Shown here: positions 1-10,505 of the stretch, piece after piece | How the letters are laid out: each line of letters opens with the position of its first letter | Numbering within the stretch: position 1 is the first letter of the stretch | From: a virus | Direction: 5' to 3' (one strand) | Virus record (IMG/VR): IMGVR_UViG_3300020281_000010 | Length of the DNA stretch: 64,000 nucleotides | The notes under the pieces: generated by a model | Told to the model about the DNA's origin: nothing | The model's input: the letters and a program-made list of their open reading frames with translations, nothing else | Database searches by the model: none | Position numbers and translations under genes: made by a program

Positions 1-2
1 AC

Positions 3-3000
3 TATAAAGGTGTTTGGACTCCAGGTGAGCGTGTAACTGGTGAGGTTTCTCGTGCTTCTGGTTTGATTGACAATCTCTCAATCGCTCGTGGTACTCTTAA
101 TATTGACTCTCTAACCAACACACCTGGTCAGTTTATTGATGACGTTGGTAAACCTTCTGAGATCGTCCAGAAAATTCAGGACTCTTACTTCTATCAGAAC
201 TTCTCTTACGTTATTAAGTCTGAAACACCTATTAACCAGTGGAGAAAACCAGTTCTTGAGACAAACCACCCTGTTGGTTTTAACCTCTTCGGTGAATTGG
301 CAATCACAGGTGGTAAGGATATTTCAGGAAGAAAAGTTGTTTCTGATCTGATTAAAGAAGTTAATATCAACGCATTTACTAATATTAACCAGATTACATC
401 ATTTGCTAACGCACAACCAATCTATACTCAGTTTAACAACACTGAGGTGCTCTTCAGACAGAAGAGATTAACTAACTCTGAGGAAATTCTAACTTCTATC
501 GTTAAGAAGATTGATAACGTTTCAGATGATTTTGATGGTGTAAGAACTCAGTTCCCACTGAATGTTGAGGGTAGTTCTATCACTGCAACTGAAGATCAGA
601 TGTTTGTTCTTCTTAATGGTGTTGCACAGTCTCCTGGAGATTCATTCTCTACTTCAGGTCCTTCTATTGTGTTCTCCGAACCTCCAAAGGCACCTTCTAG
701 AATTAAGTTTAGAAATATTACCTTTGCTCAACTACAAATCACTCGTTTAACATTCAGTGTTATCGGTGGTATCTTCCCGTTGACTGGTAACAGAGTTAGA
801 GGTCTTGTTTCAGAGGCAACTGCAACTGTAATCGATTCTGGTACTGATTACATTGATGTTATTAACATTGAGGGCACTTTCCAGTCTGGTGAGTCAGTTC
901 TTAACAGTGCTACTGGATTCAACTCCACTCTTGATACTGTAAATCCTGTCACATCTAAGACTATCTTTGAACAGGGTGAGAGAATTACCAACCTACAAGG
1001 TAAGTTTGCAATTATTGAAGAAAACAACCTTGATGATGGTACTATCAACGATTCTCTAGTTGTTTCTAGAACATCTGGTACTGCTAAGTTTGAAACTGGT
1101 GAATTTGAAATCAAGTTCAACGATGTCATCTATTCTGCAAGATCTAACATTGCAGCAACTGTTTCTACTATCTCTCCTTATCAGGATGAGGTTTCAGAGC
1201 AGATCATTGATACTGTTGACTTGTCACCTTCATCTAGTTTCTTTGCTCTTGTCTTCCAGAGAGTTCCTTCAATTACATATCCGAACGTTATTCTTGATGA
1301 CATCGGTGAGACTGTTATTAACCCAACTGAACTCTATGATGCTGAGTCACCTAACAACCAAGACTTCCTAGATTTCGAATCTGTTAGAAACCAAGAGATT
1401 CGTTATGACGGTCTAGTTGGTACTGACTTTGCACCTGGCACTAACATCAGACTTAAGAAGATCTACTTCGGTAACTCATCTATTAGAACTGTACCCGACA
1501 CCCGTGCTAACAACGCTGCAGAGGCACTAGTTAAGAACGCTAAATTCATCGCTGAAGAAGCGGTGGGTAGGATGTTGGCTTTCTACCCCTCCTTTACCGT
1601 TCCTACAGGTAAAGTTAATTGTGAGGACGACATCGTTGATATGCTCAATCTAATTGCTTGGCAACTTGAGCACGATGGTAACTCTGAAGTCTGGGATGCT
1701 GCAAACTTCTATGTTCAGAACAATACCATCTATCACGTTGATGGACAGGTTCCTCAGACTGTATATGCAATGAATCAGGCGAGAGATCTCGCTAACCAGT
1801 GCATCAATATGATTGACATCACCACAGAGCACACATCATTGTCTCAGTGGAAAGATCTTACCATTACTCCTGAATATGAGGTTGTAAGTAATAGTCACGG
1901 TGACGCTAGAACCTTGTTGCTTGCTAACAAATGGTTCATTGCATATGAGTCACTTCACTATGCTAAGACCCAAAACCCAGGATATAACGTATCTGGTGGA
2001 GATGAGCATTGTCTCTCTGACATCGTAGATGTTGTTGAAGCACTTGCTTATAACGTTGCCCACGGTGGTAATGATTTCATCTGGGAAGCAACAGACAGAA
2101 TTCTTCACTACGGTGTAACATCTGGTGATAGAGACACTATTGTCAACTCCTTTACGAAGGCAAAGGCAATGTCTCTTGATATTATGAGAAATATTGCTGT
2201 TACCAAGGCAGGATCACACGGTTGGAACCAAGTAACTATTTCTATCACTGCTGACCCTGCAAACCCAACTTGTCAGGCAGTTGCTGCTTCTATCACAACA
2301 TTGATGGATATTCTCATCAATGCTCTTGGTACAACTGCATCTCCAGGAACTAGAGCAGCATTCCAAGCAGCAGTTACTCAAACTGCTCCTCAGGCAGACT
2401 ATTCACAAGGTAGAACAACAATTCCTAATGCAAACGCTTGTGTTGCTCAGACATCTGCTGTTGCAAACTTCTTCAGAATCATTACTGATACTTTACAAGA
2501 TCCTACTGGTGCTGATCCTACTACTTACCAGTGGTCTATTAGTAATGTTCCTAGAATTGCACCTGCGTACACCTTCGAAGAGGGTGAGACAATTCGTTCT
2601 ATCAAGCATTCTTATAAGGACAAATCATCTGGTGGATTCTTCAACTTCGGTCAAACACTGAAAGGTGTATCTTCAGGTGCTGTTGCAGAGATCATTGGAA
2701 CCAATGCAGGTAGTAAGTGGGTCTATACAAAGGGTGTTACTGGTTCATTCACTGATGATGAGTACATTACAAACTCCACAATCACCTATAACAACGTTAC
2801 TGTTGACAAATTGAACCCTGGAACTGGCACTGGATCACTAGAATTCAGTGGTACATCTTCTAGAATCAATCACGCTTCCAATGCTGCATTTGCATTTGGT
2901 GCTAATGATTATACCGTTGAGATGTGGATCTATCCTACAGGCGTATCTGGAACACAGAGACTCTTCGATTTCAGAACTGCATCCAGTAGTAACGCTGCTA

Positions 3001-6000
3001 CAGTGTTCTTACAGGGTACATCACTGAAGTTTGGTATTGCCACAACTGACCATATTACTGCTGCAGGTGCTATTCCTACTGCAAATCAGTGGTATCACAT
3101 TGCTGTTTCCAGAGCATCTAACATTACTAAGTTGTTTGTCAATGGTCAACCTGTTGGTTCTGATTATACTGACGCTTCTGTTTATGGTGACTCACCAATC
3201 GCTGTTGGTGCATCTTGGAACAACGGTGAGACTTTCACAGGTAACATTGATAACTTTATTGTTAGAAAAGGAACCGCCAGCTATTCTAGTGGGTTTATAC
3301 CCCCCACCGTTTACGATTTCCGTGCACTTGACATCTCATTCGGTTTCAATGGCGAAGCACCTTTCCCTGTAGAACTTGCTGCTGTTTACGCGACATATCA
3401 ACAGACTATCATCTCCTCTGCTAACGCTGATGGTGTTGAACTCTGGCGTGAAGAGATTATGACCGAGGAAATTGATGTTTCTCGTGATATTTACAGAGAT
3501 TGTGCTGATATTATTGAAAAGAACCGTTATTGGATTGCAGAAGAAGCAGTTGGTCGTATGAAGGAGAAGTATCCTGCATTCGTCATTCCAGGTGACACAG
3601 GAACATCTACTCAAGGTACTGATAAGTGTATTCGTGACACACATTCATTCATCATTCCTGCAATCGTTAATGATCTTAAATTAGGTGGTAATTTCAATAC
3701 TATCGTTGCAGGTCGTGGATATTTGGAAGGATCAGGTGCTCTGAAGCACGTTAACGGTGAACTTCTACAGTCAATCTACGCCTGGCGTGAAGTTGCCAAA
3801 CTTTGCATCGACATTATTACCAAGAATGAAGATGATTTGACTGGAGAATACACACAACGTGTTCGTATTCCTAATTACTTCTCAACTCCTGCACCTTCAG
3901 CGATCCAGACATTCATTATGGATCTTGTCGATGATATGTTGGATGTGATGGCACCTACTGGTCACAGATTCCGTGACGGTGCTGACCTTCTTTACTTCAA
4001 CCGTGCAGTGATTGCTGATGAAGCAGTCTCTATGATGGAGCAAGAATGGAACGTTATGATCAACTTTATCCAACAGGATAAGATCGACATTCCTAGCAGA
4101 GCGAAGTGTGTTAGAGATATTAGAGATCACATCGTTCCTGCTGTTGCAGGTGACCTCCTAACTGGTGGTAACTCAAATATTCAGGGTATGATTGATTCTT
4201 ACCTTGATTCACAAAGCAATATCAACTACATCGAAGATGAGTTGTTGGCAATGCTTGATGCTCTTGAGCACGTGAAGTTCCTTTCAAATAAAGCACTTCA
4301 GAACCTCTTGGTTGGTAGAAATGAGAACATTGCTAATATTGCAGGTACAACTCCTAATACTGTTGATGATTTCTATCAACTTCAGTATAGTGATCTGACT
4401 GCATACAGAAAAGAGTATGATGCTACTGTCAACTACGATCTGACTGATAGTATTATCACTGAGAGCACCTTCTATCCTCCTGATCCTAAGATCTTCCAAG
4501 GCACTCACAGAGCACTTGATTCTGCCAATATTATTGAAAGAAATGCTCGTACTATTGCTGCTGAGGCAGTTGACATTGTAACCAAGACCTCTGCATTCAA
4601 GCATTACAACTTTAGAGTTCCTGGTGGTAAGGTTCACTGTGAAGACGACATTGTTGATTTCATCAACTCTGTTGCTCACGACTTGAGATTCTCATCTAAC
4701 AGTGAAGTATATGATGCTGCAGCACTCTATCTGAATACAGATATGGGTCTTAAGCACGTCACTGGTCAGTCACAAGAGACAATCTATGCCTATAAGATGG
4801 CAAGAGATATGTCAATTCTCGCGATCCGCAATAAACTTGGGTTTACTCCCTTCGAGGATGTCAACCTTGGCGGTGGCGGACTTGGAGGCGGTGGCGGTGG
4901 TGGTGCTCCTCGCGGTGATTATGATAATAACGCTACTACTAACAAAGACTACGATGCAGGTAACGAGATCCTCAATAATTTGAGATTCATCGCTTCTACT
5001 GCTGTAGGACGTGGATATGCTCAGTATCCTAACCTTACATTTGGTGGTTATGGTTATCAGTCTTGTATCGATGATGTTATTGACATCCTTGAAGCAATGG
5101 CTTGGAACCTCAAGCACGGTGGTAATAACAAGGTTTGGTATGCAACTGAGTTCTACATTACTGATCAGAACGCTATTCAGCACATCAACTCACAGTCTAC
5201 TGAAGTTAGGTACATCTTCGAGCAGGCACGTGACATCGCTATTCAGGTGATGAGACAGCAGTTGGTTGAAGTTAATGGTTACACTGAAGGTTATGCTCAA
5301 TATGACACTACTATTACTATTGACTCTAGCAGTTCATCAACTGGTCAGTTAACTCCTACAAACGCAACTTACAATCCTGCAACAGGTGATTTGACCTTGA
5401 CTAAGACTGGTCACGGTCTAGTGGCAGGTGATGCTGTTCAGATTGCAACTTATGGATTGAAGTTTACTTGTGACTTTGATAGTAATCAATCAGAGCATAC
5501 TTATCCAAGACCTCTTGATCCTTCAAACGGTGCTCTTCTCCCCGTTACAAGTTCTACAAGTTCTACATTTACAGTCAATGTTGGTACAACTACTAACGTT
5601 AACTACGATGTAACCAACGCAATATACAATGAAACAAATGGTGATTTGTACCTTGACATCGGTACTAACAACTTAGATGTTGGTAGACATATCAAATTGC
5701 CTGATAATGCAATTACATTCACTTGCACAATGGATGGCAATGGTTCAAACCATTCATATCCTCGTTCTAGTGACTATGCATCAGGTAAATCTCTAACTGT
5801 TCTTGAGATTGGAGATTCTACATTTACTGCAACTGATGCAGCATATGTTCCTTCAACTGGTGTTCTTACACTTACAGTTCCTAACCACGGGTTCGCTAAC
5901 GGGGACAACATTCAGATTGTTAACAATTCTCTGAACTTCACTTGTGATATGGACAACAACTACACTGTTCATTCATATCCTCGTGTATCTGACCCTGCTG

Positions 6001-9000
6001 CTAACAAGTATCTTCCTGTTGGTAACGTAACTACAAATACATTCACTGTAAACGTTGGTACTACAGGTACAGTTAACTTCACTCCTACAAACGTTGCATA
6101 TAATCCTATAACAGGAAATATGGTTCTCACTTTGGGTGAAGGTCACGGTCTTGTTACTGGATCACATCTTAAGATTCAACCTAACTCACTTACATTTACT
6201 TGTGAGGAAGACGATAACGCAACCAACCACTCATATCCTAGAACTACAACTACAACTCATACAGTTACAGGTGCTGATTATGATGGTACAACTGGTATTA
6301 TGACGCTGACTATTCCTCAGCACGGGTTCTCTAATGGTGATCAAATTAAGATTGCTGACAATGGAATTACATTTACCTGTGCTCAGGATGGTAATAATAG
6401 TAACCACTCTTATCCAAGAAGCAGTGACCCTGCATCAAACTCTTGGTTGGAAATCTCTAACGTAACTGCTAATACCTTCAAGGTTCAGGTTCTCCTTTCT
6501 GATGGTATTCCTTCAACCAATGTTACTGCACATACATTTGTTTCAGCAACATCTGGTGGTGTTACTTGGAAGAAGGATAGAGCATACGATGTTCCTCTTG
6601 AAGTTACTGCTGCTACTGCAACTACAGTCACAGTCAACGTTCTTGCCTCTGGTAGAACTCCTTCAACCAATACAACTACTCACACATTCGTAAGTGCTAC
6701 AACCAACGCAATCTCTGCAGGTGGTAACTATACTCACACATTTACAAGTGCAGTTGCAGACGGGATCAGATTTAAGAATGGTCGAATCAAGGTTAATGTT
6801 AACCCTGCACCTTCTAATCAACAGTATCCTCATACATTCGTATCTGCTGTATCTAACGCTGTACAGGGTGGTGGTAACTATAACCACACATTCGTCAGTT
6901 CTACAACTAACTCAATTAGTTGGATCACAGGTGGTGGTGGAGCAACAAGATGTGCTACACAGGCATCTGCTATCACAACATTGATGGGAATTACTATAGA
7001 TCTGTTCAACAGTGGTACAAGTAACCCACAAAATTACATAGATGGCGTTGCCCGTACGTTGCCTGGCGAGTGGCCTCTAACAGGTGAGCGTGCTGCTGTT
7101 CGTGATTTGACTATTACATATGATCAGGCAGGATCTGGTGCTTGTAACGTTGAGTCTTCAACTATCAGTTCTCTCTTCGATATTGTTATCGGCGTTGTTA
7201 AAGATGCTGCTGCAGGCAATGGTAGTTACTTCACTAACCAAGGTATTACTAGAAACGCACCTGTACAGAACAACACTCTACTGTTTGGTGGTGGTACTTG
7301 CTATAACGTAACATCTGCTGCCAACGTTCTCTTTGATCTTCTTGAGGATACATTAGGATCTGCTCCTGAAATGTATCGTCAAGCATCACGTCTTATTGCA
7401 ATTAACGATCTCTACATCAATAGAGAAGCATACTATAAGACAATGAATCAGTATGCAGGATATACTGGTGATCAAACATTTGGTGATGCTATTAGAAAAG
7501 CATACATTTACGATATGTTGACAGACGGTAATGCTATGACCGTCCAGTTAATCAATAGTTGGTTTGATGCCGAGGGTAATTTCGTCGCATTCCCTAACAT
7601 CTTCAGAACCTATCTAATCTTCCACGCAGAAGCAACCACAGATATGATCACTCATATCCTTAGTGGCACTGCTCCTGAACCTGGAACTTATAATATGGAG
7701 CCTCTCTACAAAGATAGAGAGATGCGTCCAACAATGACCGCTGTACATAAGATTCAGCAGTTGTGGCATTTGGTTTATACTGCTCTTGCAGAATCTAAGT
7801 TGCCAACTGTATATCTCAAGCAAGCGATTGACGTTGGTGTTGATGTAAACTCTGATGGTTCTATCCACAAACCAAATCATCCATTCGAAGCATATGATAG
7901 AGTTAATTACACTGTCTTGGGTACAAATATTGTGGAACTTGACAGAGCGTCATACTACATCCACCCAGACACTACTTCAACCCACATCTACTTGGCAGAG
8001 TACATTGATGGACACAAACTTACATCTCTGACTCCTGGTCTCCCAGGTGAAATTCATACATTCTCTGTCGCCAGACAGACTGGTATCACTAGGATTCCGA
8101 CTACCTTTGGTGATCGTGTTATTCCTACACCTACATCTGGTGGTATTGAACCTGCTGACATCTTCTACGGAACAACATCAGGTGCATATGCTGAAGTTAT
8201 TAGAGTTCAGGATAATCTTGCTACTGTCAACTACAGAGTTAAGTATCTTCCAATCACAGTTACATCTGCTCCTGAAACATTTGTTAATGGTGAGGACATT
8301 GTTAAGACTGGTGCTACAGGTAATGCAGGTAAGATTATCGCTACCGACAACGCAACTTACATCAAAGTACAAATGACCAGTGGTGCATTTGCTGCTACTG
8401 ACAATATTGAGGGCGTAACTTCAGGTGCAACTGCTACAGTTGGCACTGGATTGCACGACAGAATTCTCGTTAACTTCAAGCAAGGTGAATTTATTGCTAC
8501 TGACATTCTTTATTCTAAGGAAGATTCAGGTAAAGCAAACGCTCTCATCGTTAGAAACAATGATGGTGCTTTGATTGATAACCAATCAGGTAGAATTACC
8601 TATGACATTGAAACTGTTAAGGGTGAATTTGCTCCTAATGACGTTATTTACGGTTCTGTTACTGATCAAATTATCGAGGTTGAATCATTCTCAGTCCTCC
8701 CAGGATTCGGTGAGTACATCCATTCTACCGAAATTACTAAGTTTACATACGCAGGATTGATCACTGATACAGGTGTTACTGACACATTCGAAGTTGGTGA
8801 TGTACTACAACTCCAAAACTCTGGTCAGTCTGTTGGTCATACCTTCGTTGTTACTGAACACGACATTCAAAATAACGAAGTTTACCTCGCAAATGAGACT
8901 GGTCGTTTCGTGAGCATTGGTGACAACCTTGGCGTCATCGCAAATGACTCAGCATATCAACTTGCTAAGATTCCACCTGGATCTAACTTCCCAAGCGTTT

Positions 9001-10502
9001 ACACATCTGGTATTACATTAGTCACACAAACTCCAACAACTGCCTACGGTAAGATTGAGAAGATCCAACAAATCGGTCTTCGCTTGATCATCCACCTTGG
9101 TGATACAAATGGAACATTTGTTAAGAATGCTCAGATTGTTGGTGACTTTGGATTCAGAGCAGCGTGTTCAGTTGCTAAGACTCTACGCGGGCGCGTGAAG
9201 AGATTCTTCAGAGGATTTGATGGTGTTCAGCAGAACTTCAAGTTGACCACTGGAAACGGTACTGCATACTTCCCAGATCCTGCAGGTCATATGATGATCT
9301 TCGTGAATGGTATTCTCCAACCTCCTGGTGGTAACAACGCTTACACAGCGTTCTCCGACAATATCCAGTTCACTGAGGCACCTGCTGTTGGATCTACATT
9401 CCACGGTGTGTACGTTGGTAAGTTGAGACAGTTGGATGACATCTCATTCGACTTCGACTCCTTGAGGAACTCCTTCAACTTGAAACTTGGTGGTGTGTTC
9501 TACTCACTTACACTGACTGACGGTGTACAGTCCAACACTATCCTTCCTGAAAACAACATCATCTGTCAGTTGAACGGTGTTATTCAGGAACCTGGAATTG
9601 GTTTTGAGATTGTTGGTTCTAGAATCATCTTCTCTGAAGTTCCTCGTGCAGGTTCAACCTTCGTTGCCTTCTCCTACATCGGTTCTGACGTTGACGTTAT
9701 CGCTGCAACTGTTGTTCCTCCTGTTGAGGCAGGTGACATTCTGCAGATCGAAGGTGAGGATGAGACTAGAGAGGTTGCTCTGATTGAATCTTCTAACTCA
9801 CTTATCACATTCGAATACTCAGGTGCTGTTAAGGGACGTAACGGTGCTGCTCTTGCAACAATCGAGAAGGGTCGTGTTACTGAGGCAATCCTTACAAACT
9901 CTGGTGATGGTTACGATTCACGTCCCAACGTGGATGTGATTTCATCTTCTGGTTTTGGTGCACGTATCAAGGCACTTGTTGGTCTCGCACGCATTGACGT
10001 GAAGAACTCAGGTCAAGGTTATGTACAACCAACTATCAACGTGAACACTACCGTTCCTGATAACTTCTTCGCACCTTCAGGTGTTGGAGTCAACGGTGGT
10101 ATTGACATCTATGATCCTAACTACGTTCCCCCAGGTGAATCTCAGGCACAAGGTGAACAGGCAATCGCTATTGAGTCACAACCAGTTAACACAACTGTTA
10201 ACCAAGGTCAAGTGGCATCCTTCACAGTCATCGCTTCTACAATCCCTGCAGGCGGCACAATCGCTTATCAGTGGCAGAAGAAGAACTACGGTGAAAGTGA
10301 TTGGAACAATATCAACGGTGCTACATCTCCCACATACACAACTCCTGTTACCACACAGGCAGATGGTGGTGATGAATTCAGATGTGGTCTCACCGCAGCG
10401 GGTGCAACACCTACACTTTCCAACTCTGCAGTTCTTACAATCAACATTGGAGCAACTACAGTGGACAACTTCAGTCCTGACCAGATCTTTGATGACAACT
10501 AA
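3..10502 (+). CDS. Giant multidomain virion structural protein (baseplate/tail-associated), 5'-truncated by the window edge
   Basis: The frame is open from position 3 (YKGVWTPGERVTGEVSRASG...), so the ORF-track start at 63 is not the true start. More than 3490 aa, Thr/Gly/Ser-rich. Contains repeated FDG...NGV.Q.PG modules, Cys-containing helical repeats, a LamG-like domain (~2820-3330), FTC...YPR beta modules and a C-terminal Ig-like domain (QPVNTTVNQGQVASF...YQWQ...FRC). Lies among T4-like baseplate genes. Confidence 0.85.
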   Translation, partial: YKGVWTPGERVTGEVSRASGLIDNLSIARGTLNIDSLTNTPGQFIDDVGKPSEIVQKIQDSYFYQNFSYVIKSETPINQWRKPVLETNHPVGFNLFGELAITGGKDISGRKVVSDLIKEVNINAFTNINQITSFANAQPIYTQFNNTEVLFRQKRLTNSEEILTSIVKKIDNVSDDFDGVRTQFPLNVEGSSITATEDQMFVLLNGVAQSPGDSFSTSGPSIVFSEPPKAPSRIKFRNITFAQLQITRLTFSVIGGIFPLTGNRVRGLVSEATATVIDSGTDYIDVINIEGTFQSGESVLNSATGFNSTLDTVNPVTSKTIFEQGERITNLQGKFAIIEENNLDDGTINDSLVVSRTSGTAKFETGEFEIKFNDVIYSARSNIAATVSTISPYQDEVSEQIIDTVDLSPSSSFFALVFQRVPSITYPNVILDDIGETVINPTELYDAESPNNQDFLDFESVRNQEIRYDGLVGTDFAPGTNIRLKKIYFGNSSIRTVPDTRANNAAEALVKNAKFIAEEAVGRMLAFYPSFTVPTGKVNCEDDIVDMLNLIAWQLEHDGNSEVWDAANFYVQNNTIYHVDGQVPQTVYAMNQARDLANQCINMIDITTEHTSLSQWKDLTITPEYEVVSNSHGDARTLLLANKWFIAYESLHYAKTQNPGYNVSGGDEHCLSDIVDVVEALAYNVAHGGNDFIWEATDRILHYGVTSGDRDTIVNSFTKAKAMSLDIMRNIAVTKAGSHGWNQVTISITADPANPTCQAVAASITTLMDILINALGTTASPGTRAAFQAAVTQTAPQADYSQGRTTIPNANACVAQTSAVANFFRIITDTLQDPTGADPTTYQWSISNVPRIAPAYTFEEGETIRSIKHSYKDKSSGGFFNFGQTLKGVSSGAVAEIIGTNAGSKWVYTKGVTGSFTDDEYITNSTITYNNVTVDKLNPGTGTGSLEFSGTSSRINHASNAAFAFGANDYTVEMWIYPTGVSGTQRLFDFRTASSSNAATVFLQGTSLKFGIATTDHITAAGAIPTANQWYHIAVSRASNITKLFVNGQPVGSDYTDASVYGDSPIAVGASWNNGETFTGNIDNFIVRKGTASYSSGFIPPTVYDFRALDISFGFNGEAPFPVELAAVYATYQQTIISSANADGVELWREEIMTEEIDVSRDIYRDCADIIEKNRYWIAEEAVGRMKEKYPAFVIPGDTGTSTQGTDKCIRDTHSFIIPAIVNDLKLGGNFNTIVAGRGYLEGSGALKHVNGELLQSIYAWREVAKLCIDIITKNEDDLTGEYTQRVRIPNYFSTPAPSAIQTFIMDLVDDMLDVMAPTGHRFRDGADLLYFNRAVIADEAVSMMEQEWNVMINFIQQDKIDIPSRAKCVRDIRDHIVPAVAGDLLTGGNSNIQGMIDSYLDSQSNINYIEDELLAMLDALEHVKFLSNKALQNLLVGRNENIANIAGTTPNTVDDFYQLQYSDLTAYRKEYDATVNYDLTDSIITESTFYPPDPKIFQGTHRALDSANIIERNARTIAAEAVDIVTKTSAFKHYNFRVPGGKVHCEDDIVDFINSVAHDLRFSSNSEVYDAAALYLNTDMGLKHVTGQSQETIYAYKMARDMSILAIRNKLGFTPFEDVNLGGGGLGGGGGGGAPRGDYDNNATTNKDYDAGNEILNNLRFIASTAVGRGYAQYPNLTFGGYGYQSCIDDVIDILEAMAWNLKHGGNNKVWYATEFYITDQNAIQHINSQSTEVRYIFEQARDIAIQVMRQQLVEVNGYTEGYAQYDTTITIDSSSSSTGQLTPTNATYNPATGDLTLTKTGHGLVAGDAVQIATYGLKFTCDFDSNQSEHTYPRPLDPSNGALLPVTSSTSSTFTVNVGTTTNVNYDVTNAIYNETNGDLYLDIGTNNLDVGRHIKLPDNAITFTCTMDGNGSNHSYPRSSDYASGKSLTVLEIGDSTFTATDAAYVPSTGVLTLTVPNHGFANGDNIQIVNNSLNFTCDMDNNYTVHSYPRVSDPAANKYLPVGNVTTNTFTVNVGTTGTVNFTPTNVAYNPITGNMVLTLGEGHGLVTGSHLKIQPNSLTFTCEEDDNATNHSYPRTTTTTHTVTGADYDGTTGIMTLTIPQHGFSNGDQIKIADNGITFTCAQDGNNSNHSYPRSSDPASNSWLEISNVTANTFKVQVLLSDGIPSTNVTAHTFVSATSGGVTWKKDRAYDVPLEVTAATATTVTVNVLASGRTPSTNTTTHTFVSATTNAISAGGNYTHTFTSAVADGIRFKNGRIKVNVNPAPSNQQYPHTFVSAVSNAVQGGGNYNHTFVSSTTNSISWITGGGGATRCATQASAITTLMGITIDLFNSGTSNPQNYIDGVARTLPGEWPLTGERAAVRDLTITYDQAGSGACNVESSTISSLFDIVIGVVKDAAAGNGSYFTNQGITRNAPVQNNTLLFGGGTCYNVTSAANVLFDLLEDTLGSAPEMYRQASRLIAINDLYINREAYYKTMNQYAGYTGDQTFGDAIRKAYIYDMLTDGNAMTVQLINSWFDAEGNFVAFPNIFRTYLIFHAEATTDMITHILSGTAPEPGTYNMEPLYKDREMRPTMTAVHKIQQLWHLVYTALAESKLPTVYLKQAIDVGVDVNSDGSIHKPNHPFEAYDRVNYTVLGTNIVELDRASYYIHPDTTSTHIYLAEYIDGHKLTSLTPGLPGEIHTFSVARQTGITRIPTTFGDRVIPTPTSGGIEPADIFYGTTSGAYAEVIRVQDNLATVNYRVKYLPITVTSAPETFVNGEDIVKTGATGNAGKIIATDNATYIKVQMTSGAFAATDNIEGVTSGATATVGTGLHDRILVNFKQGEFIATDILYSKEDSGKANALIVRNNDGALIDNQSGRITYDIETVKGEFAPNDVIYGSVTDQIIEVESFSVLPGFGEYIHSTEITKFTYAGLITDTGVTDTFEVGDVLQLQNSGQSVGHTFVVTEHDIQNNEVYLANETGRFVSIGDNLGVIANDSAYQLAKIPPGSNFPSVYTSGITLVTQTPTTAYGKIEKIQQIGLRLIIHLGDTNGTFVKNAQIVGDFGFRAACSVAKTLRGRVKRFFRGFDGVQQNFKLTTGNGTAYFPDPAGHMMIFVNGILQPPGGNNAYTAFSDNIQFTEAPAVGSTFHGVYVGKLRQLDDISFDFDSLRNSFNLKLGGVFYSLTLTDGVQSNTILPENNIICQLNGVIQEPGIGFEIVGSRIIFSEVPRAGSTFVAFSYIGSDVDVIAATVVPPVEAGDILQIEGEDETREVALIESSNSLITFEYSGAVKGRNGAALATIEKGRVTEAILTNSGDGYDSRPNVDVISSSGFGARIKALVGLARIDVKNSGQGYVQPTINVNTTVPDNFFAPSGVGVNGGIDIYDPNYVPPGESQAQGEQAIAIESQPVNTTVNQGQVASFTVIASTIPAGGTIAYQWQKKNYGESDWNNINGATSPTYTTPVTTQADGGDEFRCGLTAAGATPTLSNSAVLTINIGATTVDNFSPDQIFDDN
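1500..7480 (+). repeat. Six to seven dispersed helical repeats (A..I..N...IA.EAV ... C.[RD]D ... GGN) in the giant protein
   Basis: Core Cys codons at 1620, 2010, 3627, 4107, 4638 and 5064. A degenerate seventh copy lies near 7375 (YRQASRLIAINDLYINREAY). Confidence 0.85.
5340..6930 (+). repeat. Five beta-rich modules (A.Y...TG.L.L....HG....D.I.I.....FTC..D.N...H.YPR ... HTFVSA) in the giant protein
   Basis: Five FTC..D.N...H[ST]YPR motifs (~5466-6420) are followed by five HTF[VT]S motifs at 6531, 6681, 6735, 6831 and 6885. Confidence 0.9.
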
Positions 10503-10505
10503 ATA
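10499..10505 (+). promoter_or_regulatory. Possible gp55-dependent late promoter (CTAAATA variant)
   Basis: Matches the T4-like late -10 core TAAATA and overlaps the giant gene's stop codon. It is very close to the next ATG, so it is uncertain. Confidence 0.35.

Noticed and set aside
4868-4906. GC-rich (GGN)n run in the giant gene
   Set aside because: It encodes an in-frame poly-Gly linker (GGGGLGGGGGGG) between repeats. Similar linkers occur at ~12780 and in the g7-like gene, so it is not a mobile or regulatory element.
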